The notes beneath the pieces were generated by a model. That model did not search any database. It worked only from the letters and a program-made list of their open reading frames with translations, and was not told the origin of the DNA. A stretch of DNA of 64,000 nucleotides from Phoronis australis (taxonomy: Eukaryota > Animalia > Phoronida), in the NCBI GenBank assembly GCA_002633005.1, contig NMRA01000927.1, forward strand, positions 32,565-96,564. Reading direction: 5' to 3'. Shown one piece after another: positions 11,783-26,700 of the stretch (positions are counted from its first letter, which is position 1; every line of letters begins with the position of its first letter). The position numbers and the translations under genes were made by a program.

Positions 11783-14700
11783 GTGAGTCCACAGAACTGA
11801 GGGGGGGGGTTGTGTGGTAATTCCGTGTTGAGTAAATCCACTCATAAAGAGGGGCTTACAGAATTTTGAAAAATTTCTTTCATGTCTTTTATTTCAGAAT
11901 TACTATATATGTTTCCTACATCTCCTTTAGACAATTTGTTTGATCTCATTCCCTGAAGTTTTGTCACATTCTTGAGTTGTATTCTTCAGCTATGAATCTT
12001 GCCTTTGAAAGTAACTTTTTCTGAGCCGCCTGGTTTATTCTTACTCAACTATCATTGTCTCCTGTACTATCTTTGTAGTTGCCTTTCTACAAACTCTAGG
12101 CCAACTTTCATTGAATTGAGGAAAACTAGAAATTTCCCAAAAAGCATTGACGTGTTCGGAAATGCATTTTGTTTGCATTTTATGAAAAAATGTTGCAAAA
12201 CTTGATTCAGAGAGAAGACGTCAGCAAAATTGTTTCAATTTTCTGTTTCTATTCAACTGTTTTATGTCTGTGTTGTCTCTTCTTAGTGATACAATCTGTG
12301 TTATTAATCAGTTTGTGTACAATTGTGTGCGTGGGTGCGTGCGTGCGTGATTAAGTTTTTGTCCAGAGTTCAATATAACACATGTCTAGTGTCTTAAATA
12401 TGTCTCGCTTTTTTGTATTTAATTGTGTCTCCTAACTCACTGCGCTATTTCTGTTCAACTGCTGTGAAATTACCGCGTCTATGCCACAGAAACACATGAT
12501 CACATGAATAGAAAGTCTTGCATTTTAAAATTTTGAATCTCTTGATGAAAAAAAATCATTTCAACCGTGCTTGTTGCCACAATAAGATAGTTGACTCTGA
12601 GATTGACATGGTTTCCTTTTTTATATAGTTTTGTCTAGCACTAAGCATGGTTTACATCTGAATCAAAGTCTTTATTGTATGCATACAGATATTTGGTGAC
12701 AATTCGCTTGAAATATTGTTTCTGTTCACAGCTCCTGCTTTATCTCACGGATGGTTCATATGGTTTTAAAGAAGACTGTTAAACACCCACAATTTTCAGT
12801 AATTTTGAATGTCAAACACAGAGACACCTAATGCCAAAGCTTAGACACCTTGACCACTATTGACTTGTACTTTACAAACCTAACAAGACCCTATGATGGA
12901 ACTCAATAAATTAGTCAGGAGGATATGCATTGACATTTATAAAACAAGAACAATATGGCTCTTAGCCAAGTGCAGTGGCTGATTCACTGTCCAAACACCA
13001 GATGGAGTTACTATCGCACAACTCTGACTTTTCTAAAATAACAATGGCTTAACTTCAAAAACAGGACTTATAGAGCATGTTTGTTCATGAGATCATGTAA
13101 CTCCCTAATGTTACATCATCTTTTTAGATTTCTGACTACATAGTAATACGTTGCACTTTCACTTTGTCACAGTTCACACTGTAACCAGCGTATTTCCATT
13201 GTCACGTTAACCCTGAATAGCAGCACATTCTAGCTAAAGCGTAGTTATATGTAGTCGGTCATTATTCAACACGATTCCTTACAACGATTTTAGACAAGTC
13301 TGGAACAGCAGGCAATGAGGACAGATTTCCAAAGCACTCTTGAATATGGATTATGACTAATTTACAATAGAAGACAAAAAGTAACCAGAGAAATTATCGT
13401 TTTCCTGTCATGATGGCTAATTGTGTTCATAGCAAAAATTACTGGTAATGTCTTTCGGCAACAAAATTCTAATTACAGATTGCCATAGCAACCTTACAAC
13501 TTATCTGTTAATTTCCCGCCATTCTTGGTTATGAAAGAAGATTTTTCTGGTAGGGAATTTGGTTTTTGCCCACCCTTCATGATGGGGAAGTCTGGGTTAA
13601 TTTTGTCTGAATACTTTTGGCTTGTGCTCTATGTTAGGTGTGCCAAAAGTGTGCCATTTTTAAAGTGTTATGATCAAGATTCACTAGAATCCATGACTGT
13701 CCATTGTAATGTCAATTATCCAGAGGTGCTGAGATTGTTCAGGTTGGCAAATATATAGGTCTTGGCGTTACAATAGAGAAGAATATGTCGGGTATTAGAG
13801 ACATTGGAAAGTGTCGTCTCTGGAAAGTTGGGTACAGACAACGCTGTATCAAGACCGACAGGAGAATGAAGAGTGACTATACCAGGACTATGATGGCACT
13901 GTTGGGTTGATCAAATCAAAGAATAGCAAGTCACCCAAAATCGATTCTGTCCACATGATAATGGAGAATTTAAGACGTTTGATAAGCAATTGGTCAAACG
14001 AACCTGGGAGTACTTTTGCCATTCATGATCACTAAATGACTAGTTAGCACATGAAACAGCACAGCACAAAGACAGGAGTAAATTTGGGTATAGGTCAAAG
14101 GTGAATCCGTGTACCTAAAAATGGAAGCGCTCTAGACAGGGACTCTTTGTGAAATTGAGATGTTGAGAGAAAGAGAGTGTGCAATGATGCAGTGTAACTG
14201 TACTGAAAAATGAACGTCTTTTCAACATAGTTCAGAAAAGTCCATGAAGAGACTGTCACATTGCCGCGCTGAGTCCTAATCAATCAGGATGGTTCGAGCT
14301 AATGTTAAGCCATGTTGTATTCAACTTTATTGTCAAGCTGTCAATCTGAAAGTAAAACATATGAGAGGGCCTTCACAAGCTTTAGACACGTGACAGTGTC
14401 GGAATGGATAATGACGATGGCAGCGCTAATGAGGACGGTAGCGGCAAGGAAGATGACTGATGCTATTGAAGGCTGATTACAGAACTGACTAAGAATCATA
14501 CGCATGTACAGGAAATGGTAAACCAACAAAAGCGCAGCAAAAATTATTCAGTAAAAGAACAGTCATCTGGGAAAATCTTAAAAAAAAACATGAGTTGTAA
14601 CAGAAAATGATTGCATCAGCTTGTTGCGTCTTCCGAGATACATCCACGTATCGAATTTGAGGAAAATTCCTTCAATCATAAAAGAAATTTAAAAAATAAC

Positions 14701-17700
14701 CATGGCAGTGTGGTCTTGTGTCCAGTTTGGAAAAAAAATAGACTTCAAGCCTTTCAGGAGTTAGACGGTGTGGATAACTGTCATGGCGATTGGACAAGAA
14801 ATGTGATCTGCAGTCTGTGAAAAAACAAGCAAGCCAAACTTCTTGATAACATATCTTTGCAAAATATATCTTTTTTATTTCTCTAGGTAATTACTGAACA
14901 GTTGAAATATTGGAAATATTGTGTGTTCAAAAGTTGTGCATTGGTGAAGGTCATTTCAAGGTATAAAAATGAGACATATTGTGACTTAGTGACGGAAAAC
15001 TGAGTGAAATGGAAAACAGAGTATAGTGGAAAACAAAGTATAATGGAAAACAGTGTAATGGAAAACGGAGTGTCATGGAAAATGGAATGTCATGGAAAAC
15101 AGTATAATGGGCTTTGGAAACTGCCATATGAGGTGTCTGACGTCTCATGTCTGGTGCATTGGTGCCATAAGACAGCTCCAACCAGTCATAAATGAATAAG
15201 AATAATAGGTTATGTTGCTCTGACTGCATAGTGGTGAAGAGTCTTGACTGAATAAGAATAAAGCTAAACCACATCCCTGTATTTTGTTGAATTATTTTCA
15301 TTTTGTTAGTTTTAAGGCATTTCTAAAAACAGGCTTTTTGAGTGCTATGCCATAGCTCTGATTAAAGTGTGTGCACTTTTTAGTTGCTTACGTTTTGCGG
15401 TGACGCCGCCGAGGTCTTAAGTTGGTAATTCTTTTATCCTTACCTTCTCATTTCTGCTGCTGCCCTCTGCTGCCCTGTGCATGACCACTGGCCCCATCTC
15501 TTGCAGAGAAGAAATGCTTCTACGCACTAGATAAAGAGCGTGGTCTAAACTACCAGGGTCGTATGAAGAAGTCGAAGGATGGGCACCGCTGCCTGTTCTG
15601 GACGTCACGTGGTGCCCAGCGTCGCTACAAATACTCCGATGCGAGCTTCCCTGATGATTCAATCAGTGATGCCCGCAACTTCTGCCGCTCACCGAAGGAT
15701 AACGATCGCCCACGCGAGCCATGGTGCTACATTTCAGAAAACTACCCATACTTTGGTTATTGTGACGTGACTAACTGCGGTGAGTTCGTGGTGGTTGTCT
15801 AAATCCTTGCCAATGCCGCTGCCTCTGCTGCTGTTGGTGTGGCTGCTACAATGTTGTCAGTACTGGTAACGTGGCCACTACGATGCTCTCCCTAATAAGT
15901 GCCCGTGGTGCTTACAAAATGTTCTGAGAAGCAGTTGGTTGTTCTGCCTGGAAAATGATGTTGGTAGAACTGACCTGTAGGTATTGTCTTTGTTGATATT
16001 AAATGATGGTTATCTACTCCCAAACTTGAATGTGCTATCTTTGGTGAGAAGACGACTGTTTTCCATTAATTCTCATGTTAAACTATTTATCTGCTGTAAA
16101 ATATGAGAGAATCATTATTGCCCATGAACAAAAATGGGAAGTTGTGCTTTTCCTTGTCGAGTGCGAAAAGTGGGCACTTAATAGAGAGAATACGGTAATA
16201 TGACTAGTGCTGCTGCTACCAGTGGAGTAGTCGGTAACTGATGCTTAGTCATATCACATGTAACTAACTAGTTAAGCTTTCTAGTTGTAGTGTAGTCGTA
16301 GCATACTAGTTTGTTGTGCGTGCTTAGTTTTGTTGTTGTGTGTAGTCGTACAGTGTAAAAACTACTACGTAAAAGTTCTCTAGTTTGGGACATTCTGTAG
16401 AATTTGCGACACCCAAACCAGAGCTGAAATTAATTTTTTGGATTCTGAAGATTGGGTCATGGGCAGTTCTAGCATTCATCGTATTTCTTAAGTATTTGAC
16501 ACTGGGTTTTGTATCGACCCCAGCTGAAAATAGACTCGTAAAATCGTCAATGCATCGTTTTCATGTTTCCCTGTAGAGTATAACATCGAAGTGGATGATC
16601 ATAATTCTTCAATTTGTTTGTGTTTCCAAAAATTTGGTACAAACTCAGATTTGGTGCAAAATAGTTTTTCTTTGCTCAACCTAGAGAATTTTACTGTAGT
16701 AGTACTACTACTACTTCTACTAATATTGGCCCATTTACTGATAGTTGAAGACATCTCATGTACACACCCACGCACACGCACACACACACACACACACGCA
16801 CACACACACACACACACACACGTGGGTTTTCCTCTATCGGTAAAAAGGTCAATTTGTGATGTAGTTAATTCTATTCTGATATGCTTGCTTATTTCACTGT
16901 TAGTGTTCTGTGACTTTCTTGCAGTAGTATAGTTTACGCTTACCGTGTAATTTAGTTGGATGTTGTGTATTAGTGGGGGTTACTAAGTGATACTTCACTG
17001 TTACGCGTATAGCGTTGTTAGTCACAGTGGTCCTCAGACGCAAATACATATTGGCCAAAAGTGATGGCAGTCCAGACACGTGGGGTTAGACTTCTACCCG
17101 CAAGTTGTAGTTGACTGACCATGAAATCTCTCCAAACTCCTTGTAGTTTTGAAAAAACGCATTCTGAGAACCTTCTGGATTTTGAAAAAAATAGATCTGG
17201 AATTAGGCCACCTGTTAATATGGAACAGACCTCTTTCTGCTTCTTACTGAAATTAGAAGAGATTGCTGTTCTTGGGGAGAACTCACAGTCAGCTTGTACT
17301 AGTGAGTGTGCCCTGCTTACAGTGGCCATTCGAGTGAAACACCGGGGACTTGTTGAACTTGGTCAAGACCAATAACAAACTCTTAGTCTTTCTCGAACCC
17401 AGAAAGGAAAAATATCTCGTAAACTCAGTAAAATTGATTGAATACATGACACTCTTCGTTATTAACAATCAGCAAGGAAAGTGTGGAGACTAGTTCTCTT
17501 TATAGTAACATGTGGTCGAAGCGATAATGCAGAGCAATTGAAAGAAGGCTTGCTTAGAACAGCTTAAACTCTTAGAGAGATTAATGGACTTTTGAAGGTA
17601 ATACCTGTGATGTTTTAATTGGCTGCCAACAATTACGTCACTGCCAACACAGTTGTAATCTGAAAGAATGTTGTGAAGGCTTGAGGTGTCAGTGGGAATT

Positions 17701-20700
17701 CTTCATCTACTGAGCTCACAATGAGGCAAACTGGAGGACGTTTTGGTTAAAGTTACGTGCACCGCTGCGTTGGTGGGCCAGTATGCCAAAAGTAACACAT
17801 ATGATGTGGTTATTCAACTACCGTATAACCACAAAACACAATGATTGATAAATTGTCTTACTTCCTAATTCCATTTTAGGCAGGTTAGGAAAAGTAAATG
17901 AAAGCGTTTGGCACTAAACGCTGATCAGTGTAGCTTTAAATTTGTCTATAGAGATAAGCATTAGCTTGGTTTCTACTGTGTAGGTGTTCTGTACAGCCAA
18001 GTAGTTGGTAGTTGAAAGTTAAAACAACAAGAGTTTTGACACTTGTTTGCAAAATGGGTAAAGAATTACTGTAATGTCTGGAAGGAGTCAGTTCACTGTG
18101 TGTTATTGGTTAGAAAATGCAAGTGTATGTAATTAGTTCTTTTAGTTCAGTTTGCATTGAATGATCCAGTGTTGTGTTGTAGGTCTTAAGGCACTGTCTC
18201 ACTATTGCTAAGTTAAGAAATGAACGTAAACGAATTTTGCAATACAGTTCCTGCGCTCAAATTGCCGATGCCAAACTTCAGGAGAGGATGAACGAAGGAA
18301 TGATAACAAATATTGAATTTCTAAGCAATGACTGCACAAACCTCAGCATATTCTGCCAAACAGAAACTTTTCCGTTCGCTCGCAGTCGCATGCGCTGAGA
18401 GAATTGGTCATAATGTGACATTGCCTTTAAATGCTAATTGGTGCCAACTTTGAAGAATTTTGGTGGTAATTAGAGAAACTGCCGACTGATGTTGTATCTG
18501 GCTACTGTGTAATCTGCTGGACTGGCGCTTGGGAATTTGGGGCTTTCCTCTGTAAGCATCTGATTTTTTAAAAAATGTTTTATTGAATCATGCCGGTAGT
18601 CAAATTTTGTGAAGATTTTCAGGGAGTAAGTTTTGGACACTCAAATGTTCTCTTCAATGGAAAATTGTTCACATGCCAAAATCCTGAAGATATAGCATGC
18701 TTTTTGGCTTCATTAGGGATGAAACTTAAATTTTATGCAAAGATATGTATATTCCTTGCTAAAATGAGAATGCTTTCATGATTAAACTGAGATGGTTGAA
18801 TGAGGGTCAACGGTCTTGTAATCATTTTTGAACTTAAAAAAGAGAATAACTGTCGGTGGTGATTGATGTGGAGAAGATAACTTTGTGAACTCGTACTCAG
18901 CGTTGGCAATGAAGCAACTCAAGGTTTAACGATGCTGATCACATCCAGGAAGGTGAACGAATCACGATCATTTGTGTATTTCTTACTCTTTTAACCTCCA
19001 TGCTTGAATGTGTTTGTTTCTTTGTTTGTCTCTGCATGCATTCCTCTGTTTTCTGTTGTGGTCAAGGAAATGAGAGTTGTCATGTGCTTGTGATTCAGTG
19101 TTTTATGTTGTTCGGTAGTGGTTAGTTGTTAACTAATGTCTGTCACCTGCCATGTTTGTATTTATACTGGTATAATCATGTAATATGTACCTCTGTATGC
19201 ATATGCATGTTTATATGTACATATACCATCAAGAGATACTCTAAAACAGAAACCGTGTTTAAATAATTAATCGTATTATGATGAAACGAAATGTTTTTGA
19301 TTGAGAGGTATTAATTATTATTCTAAAATGTGTTTACATTGACAGGTAGATCACTTTTTTCAACATTTGATAGTGACATCTGTGGATTGCTTTGGAAGCT
19401 ATAGTCTTTTTTTCATGCTCACTGAGGACAGTATGTATGGTTTGATAGAAGTTTTGGTAGAACAACTTCAAGCCTGGTTTTAATTTCTCTCTTTTTGTCG
19501 CATTGGCTCGGGAATCAGTTTAATGTTAAAGCAGTATTGCGTGTCGGGATCCATGGATTTGCTGGTTGGCAGCGTAAAATCTTATTTTGTTTTTCTAACT
19601 TACCAGTCTGACGGAATACAGTTTTTGGTTACAAAAACAACCTTGGCTACCAACTGTAAGCTGCTTCGGACTTGTGAGCTCAGTTGGAGTGTGGCTGGTT
19701 ACATTCCTTTTACTGGTCATTGGAACTTTTAAAGGGACGTTATCAGTTATACGGAAAAAATTTTTTTGTAGTTATCGTTTGATGGGTTGGATTTCTTGAA
19801 GTTCTTAGCTTTCAACAGAAGTATAAAACACACAAATCCATTGTTTTTGAGACTATTACATATCATCAATTCACACCGTTGTCTGCCAGCTGTTGGCTGA
19901 AATTAAGACCAAAGTCCAAGCTCATTTAATTTTAAATACGCTCAAAATGCTCTGTTATTTATTACGTCATATTTGGCTCAGCGGCAGAGTGTTTTGCTGC
20001 TACAACTGGGTTCAATTCTGTGCCATGCCTAAGTTCAAAAAATTCTTTTCTTGTTGAGAGCCGCCTGAAGGTTGCGTTCATGAGCTTTACCAACTTTCTG
20101 TGTATCATTGTAGCTTCCTTGCTTTTTAGAAATGAAGAGTAGATTTTTTAGGTAGTTGGTCCGAGTTCAATGCTAATAGATAAACATATGTCGTTAGCTT
20201 TTAAGTATATTGTGGTGATAGTTCTTCTAGTTTTCAGAAATGGTAATCATCCTATATTTTAGACTGCCCCAATGGTCGGTTTGGACTAAACTGTGCCCGC
20301 TTCTGTCACTGTCGTGACGGACGTGGCTGTGACAAGGAAACGGGGAGTTGTCCTAATGGCGCCTGTCACGAGGACTGGGAGGGGCCTTACTGTCAAAAGG
20401 GTAAGGACTGCATGCAGACAAGCATTGATTGACAGGTGTCATGGCCTGTGTTATGAGGTTACTTGACAGGCTACCTAATTTTGTGGTCTTAGTTGCAGGC
20501 TTCAAAATGTTAGTTTGCACCCTGTGGCTGACCAGCCTAGACAATTTTGGTTTCAGTTGTGGATTTTTCAGAGGTCCTTACTCATAGCAATAGTGATCGG
20601 ATGCACAGTTTCATATGTACTTAGATACCATAGGATTTCTACTACTTTTATGTTTGTTAGTCCGACACTTTGGCATTGTAATCTCTTATTCAAAAAATAA

Positions 20701-23700
20701 GTTATTGTGAGCGTGTTGAAATGTTTGCTAGTTTTTAAGTAAAAACAATGAAACTTGTTAAATCCCTCATTTTAGTGTTAGCATTATATTATCATCAGGG
20801 TCTGTTGCGTGAAATTTGACTTAAAGTCCTTCTCTCACGCGTTGTTAACCCTTATTACATGGTTAGAAGATGTTATAAGGATCCAAGAAGTACCTACCCC
20901 ATAACTAATACACGATCCGTACTCGAAAACAGTTTAAATGAACGCGCCACTCACGATTCGCTCCCGAAGAACCACCGCCATTTTGAACTTGCCGCGAACC
21001 CGGAAGTACAATTCATTCAGGAACCTAGGCCGAGAAAACGCCGTCAGTGCAACTGGAGCAGTGCCTGTACTGTTACCAGCAAACGGGGATAAAAAAATCG
21101 ACAGCGCGCCTTACTTTTGATAAAATCAAACTACGGACAATTTTATGGAATTTGCTGAAGAAATGTGGCGAATAAATTTTGACAGAAATTATTTTGCCAG
21201 ACTCGGGACCGCAGCCTATCGGACCCGGTGCGGATCGAGACCAGACACTGGCGAACGGTAAATGCATGCGGTTGCAAGCTGTTTTGTCGAAGTAAAATGG
21301 TCAAATGATAAATGCTGCATATATTCAANNNNNNNNNNNNNNNNNNNNNNNNNNNNNNNNNNNNNNNNNNNNNNNNNNNNNNNNNNNNNNNNNNNNNNNN
21401 NNNNNNNNNNNNNNNNNNNNNNNNNNNNNNNNNNNNNNNNNNNNNNNNNNNNNNNNNNNNNNNNNNNNNNNNNNNNNNNNNNNNNNNNNNNNNNNNNNNN
21501 NNNNNNNNNNNNNNNNNNNNNNNNNNNNNNNNNNNNNNNNNNNNNNNNNNNNNNNNNNNNNNNNNNNNNNNNNNNNNNNNNNNNNNNNNNNNNNNNNNNN
21601 NNNNNNNNNNNNNNNNNNNNNNNNNNNNNNNNNNNNNNNNNNNNNNNNNNNNNNNNNNNNNNNNNNNNNNNNNNNNNNNNNNNNNNNNNNNNNNNNNNNN
21701 NNNNNNNNNNNNNNNNNNNNNNNNNNNNNNNNNNNNNNNNNNNNNNNNNNNNNNNNNNNNNNNNNNNNNNNNNNNNNNNNNNNNNNNNNNNNNNNNNNNN
21801 NNNNNNNNNNNNNNNNNNNNNNNNNNNNNNNNNNNNNNNNNNNNNNNNNNNNNNNNNNNNNNNNNNNNNNNNNNNNNNNNNNNNNNNNNNNNNNNNNNNN
21901 NNNNNNNNNNNNNNNNNNNNNNNNNNNNNNNNNNNNNNNNNNNNNNNNNNNNNNNNNNNNNNNNNNNNNNNGGTAATCATACGCTCAGAGAGAAGGGTCA
22001 AATACTGTTAAAAAATCGCTTTTGGCAAGAAAGGCGAAAAGAATATAAAGAAAGGGTGTCGAAAATAAAAATTTATGTAGTAAGTATTTTCGGATACTGG
22101 AACCACATGGGCAGTTTGAGAGAAGGACTTTAAGACTTAAATGTGGTGTTATGCTCACACTTCGCAGTTGCTGAATAAAAGCCTGGAAATGATTTTTACA
22201 GATTCTCTCAATGGCTGGCAATTATGAATAGGTTCAAAGACACCTTCGTTATTTTACTGAAGTTATTTTTAATTACTTTCTAAAATAATTACGTGCAGCG
22301 TAAGACCAAATTTCCGACTCAGAAGTCACTTTTCAGTTCCCAGGGCTCTAGTGGTAGTTGTGCTTGACTAAATTGGTGAACATGAGTAGTAGTACATAAG
22401 GTGATCAGCAGCCAGAGATGGAGATTTCTTGTGAGAGTTTGGAATTTTCGTTGTTTTGAAATATTCCAGTTAGTTTCCTGAAGTTCCTATATTTTTTGCG
22501 TCAGCCTAAGGGCCGTTTCAACATTTGGAACTGCAGTGGTTGTGAGACAATGGAAGTTAAGCAATGATACTTTTCTTTTAGTCAAGGTACAGATAACCAA
22601 GTTCTACAACGATAAAGTGAACCCTGGGACAACCTTGACCAGTTTGACCTGTGTCATCACCGCTGACCCTCGACCCAGAGCGGATGACATCTCGTTGGCT
22701 AACACTCGTTCTGCTCGCATCAGCTATGCGAGGGTGGAAGTGAAAGAGGTCGGCCAGTACAGCATGTCGAAAACTTGGATTGGCGCAGCGATTGGTGCAG
22801 GAGACGAATACACATGCACCTATGGAGTTGACCCTTCTATCAGCAAGACTATCGAAGTGCAGTTCTTTGGTATGACATTTTGTCTATTTTGCCAAGATGT
22901 TAGATCAGAAAAATCGTGGTAAAGTGTGACACAAATAATAGGCTAAATACTTTTTACACATCGTCAATATGCATGCTGGTGACCTGCAATCTAGAGGTAG
23001 TGGTTCGATTCCCAGTTGGGTTCCTGGTTTTTCTGTGTTTATTTGTTTTTCTGTGTTTATTCGATTCAGTATCAGCCAACACCAGTTCACCCATACTGGT
23101 AAATTACTGATATTTGTTCAGATCTATGTACAAGAGGCTACTGTTCCATTCAGTGGGAATGTTTAAAATAGAAGTCAAGTCGTCCTTATGTCCACACTAT
23201 ATGTGATGTTCACGGTGGGTGCATATCAATGCTCTGCGTTACTCTCGTTTCACCCAGAGTGTCACGGACGCCACACACTCTGTTTGAAATAAAATGGTTT
23301 GGCAGTGTATTTTTTAAAAGATCTAGGTGTGCGTATAATAAAAGCACCATGTGCACTTAATTACGGGAACTTATGTGAATGTCTTGCGGAAAATGTGCAT
23401 TGCTCGGCATATAGAGAAATGGGCTTATTTGCGGGGTTATGCCACGTACAAAGTGTACACATTGTTTTGCAGCAAGTTCAGGACCCTCAATCTCTCGATT
23501 TTTGGGCCGAATATCGCACCGATTCCCCCTCTGAAAAATATTGAACAATCACGCGAAGTTCACTTCGTGCGACCCAAATTTCTCTTCAAGTGATTGAAAA
23601 ATTCCCCTTGAGGTTCGAATCGCTTGTAGCTGGCACAGGTGACAATTTGAAAGAGCACAAGAAGTTAGTTTTGGCTACTTAAGGCAGTGTACGAGTGCTT

Positions 23701-26700
23701 GGAATGGGTGGGGTGCTATTGATGGTGATTGAAGGCTGGAATTATCGGCTTACTCTTAACAAATTTCCCTCTCAAAAGGCACTGGCACTTTTCCCTTCGG
23801 GTGATCAAGGGCTCTGAAGTTCCTATTAACATTATCAAACAGTTGAGATGTTTTATTCTTAATGGCTGGGGTGACCTGCCCAAAAGGTTACAAATAGAAC
23901 ACTTTTAGAGGACCAGTCCTTACTCACACACCAAATTTCTGTTTTAAGACTTCATGAAACAGATGCCAGGGTCATCATAGTAAGTGTATGTTGTCAAAGA
24001 GGGGTCTAAGGCAAGGTCTGATGATGTCAGTTAATACCTTGTAATTATCAAAATAAAATGGCCCAGTTGACAAAGCCATCTTCAGTAAAAGCTAACTGAA
24101 TAGCTTGATTGAGTTTTACCTTAAACCAATTCACGGCTCACTGCCACCAAGTGAGCTTGCCGTAGTCGTTTTGTAGTTATATGTGAATGTCTGTCAGAGA
24201 GCAGCACAGATCATTTGTATCGTGAGACGGTGCATCATTTTTGTGCATGATCTCCATAACTGTCAGCTTCATTCAACCATTAATTTGCAAATTTTACCAT
24301 TTCAGAATTGCCTAGGCTGAAGTATGCGCCCTTTGCGGGCTCTAGGGAGTCGCGACAGTTAGTGCTGCAGTGGAAGAAATGGACGCAGGGGGTGGATAGC
24401 GGTGACCCACCCATCCTTGAGTACGTCTTACATCAAGGGAAGAAGGGGTGAGTGTTAGCTGTAACGGTCAGTATTCTTCCACCATGTTCTGTTCTTCCAC
24501 AATGCAAAGCGCCCTCTATTGTAATGCAGTCGCACTATTTGTTGCCTTATTGCAATATTCATTTAATATTCATTTAATGGTGAAGTTTCTGAAATATGTG
24601 TCAAAATTAGAGCAGTGTTTATGTGCTTCTATAGTTGAGTAACCTTTGATTTTTGTGCGCCCACATGTTACATATTAGATACATATATGGTCGTTTATTG
24701 TTGTATCCTGTCCGTGTGCCCGGGTGTCCGGTTGTACGCTCAATATCTCAAAAATGCATTGTTGGATGGTGACGAAAATTGGCTCAAGGGTGTAGGGCAT
24801 CTCTAGTGCGGTGCGTGACCCTTTTCAATTTGTTCCTGGATCAGAAATGGGGCTTCCAAGTGCTTTGTGGGAATAGTGTCTCTGGATGATTTCTAGAGGG
24901 ACTAGAGAACAGATTTCAGTAAAAGTTAACTCAAGGATATGTGATGACAATCTGCCAGAACAAGTCATTTTTTGGCAAATTTGACCTCTACAGCACCCCT
25001 AGTAGCCATTTTGGTTTTGATAAGTTTTTTTTTCAGTATTTTGGGATATAGAGTGTTACCGTATGATATCTTGAGGACTGCTTAACGTATTTCAATGAAA
25101 CTTTGACTCTAGAGGTATGTGAGGGGAATACCCTTGTACCAGTTGATTTTTGGGCGGATATGACTTCCGTCAGCTGGTCCATTACGGAAGTGATGGCAGC
25201 TACCAGATCTTAGCAGATTCCAACAAGCGCTATGCCCGTAATGCCATTTTGCGTCTGTCTTTTGACAAATCTCATGATTGAAGTAGACTAGACCCGCTCA
25301 TTGTTGGATCACGTGTCCCTTTGTGGCATGCTTTATTTCTTTGTTCCCAATGTTGATACTCTGCTTATTTTTTAAGCCTTTTGATTGGAAGTTGGTTTCA
25401 AAAGGCGAGGCACCATCTCTTTTTGTCAAGTCTGACTTTTGCAGTTATTCCTTGTGGTCAAACCGTTGTCTCCTTGTACCACGAAACTGATACGCACCCC
25501 AAGACAGTCGTACTGTTTGAGGTTCAATATGGACACATATCAGCGCCAAGCGTTGCTCATGTTAAGTCAGTTTGAACTTCACCAACACTGATTTTGATGG
25601 TTATTCAGCTGCCTCAAATGGTTTGAATCCGACCTGTTGTGAAGAGTCAACCCAGTATCTCCAGTGCTTATGCCTCTCGCAGTTTTTTTTTTTTAGTTCC
25701 TTCTCCTTCGCTGTGAATATTAGCAATTGTCTACTTACTCTCTGAGAAATTTTGAAACAGAAAAGTGAGTTACGCTCGATGACTCACCTGGCGTCAGCTG
25801 ACAACCTTGTTTGACCTAATTGTTTAAACTTACTTAATGCATGCCACTATCAAAACGAACCCGTCTGCTTCCCTGTTTCACTTTATCAATCGAGAAGATT
25901 CTAGTTAAAATGGATTTGCCACTACTTGAGCAATGGTTTCCTGTGTACAAATCTTGTGACTTCGAAACTTTCGTCTTAAGTATGAGCATTTTTGTATCAA
26001 TCTCTTTCTTTTCTTCTCTCACAGTCAACCAGAAGGGTAAGCAAACTATTGAACAGGCATTTGTTTTTAACCCGTCAGTCCTGAATCTCAGTTAGTAATA
26101 ACGTCAACTAAGCATGCCAACCGAACTTTATTGTAGCATAGGTACTGACCACAAGCAAATGTAATTTAAAAGGGACATTATCGTATTTACAGCCAGAAAA
26201 CAGTTTTTGGATTTTTGTCGGATGGGATGCACTTTTGAACTTATTAGCATTGACCAGAGCTATAAAGCAATGAAATGTGTTGTGTTCGTGTGATATTATT
26301 ACAAATCGCCAATTTTCACCATTGTCTGCCAGACACTCCATGAAATTAAGACTGATGACTTGACTAGTTAAATATCCATAAATCACTCTGCCACTTATCA
26401 CAGAGCATTTGTCTGCATCCATTAGGGTTCCTGGTTTGAATCCGAGCAGGGACTGATTTCGGAAGACTCGACATTTGTTGGCGATAATGTCACCTTAATG
26501 GAGGTGTTGTCTTATGTTCATTTCAAGGTCATTGCTTGATCTTTAGTTTGCAATGTGTTGTTTCTACCTTTTGGGGTTTTGTAATGACAACATAGGTTAT
26601 TACTCTTTTACGACTAGCCCTTTTAGAATTGCAAATAAATTATGAACACACGTTGAATGTAGGTTGCAATGATTAAAACGCTATAAAATTGTTTAATATT

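Noticed and set aside
13740-14820. Purine-rich, coding-like stretch, possibly a decayed transposon ORF
   Set aside because: Frequent stops and no recognisable RT, integrase or transposase motif; needs a translated search
17018-17800. Short ORFs in the kringle-EGF intron as possible extra exons or a nested gene
   Set aside because: No domain signature or convincing phase-compatible splice sites
21216-22133. Long ORFs of 220-270 aa in the track
   Set aside because: Made almost entirely of N gap (X residues)
22960-23030. tRNA-like segment with GGTTCGATTCCC B box
   Set aside because: No full cloverleaf; probably a decayed SINE head rather than a tRNA gene
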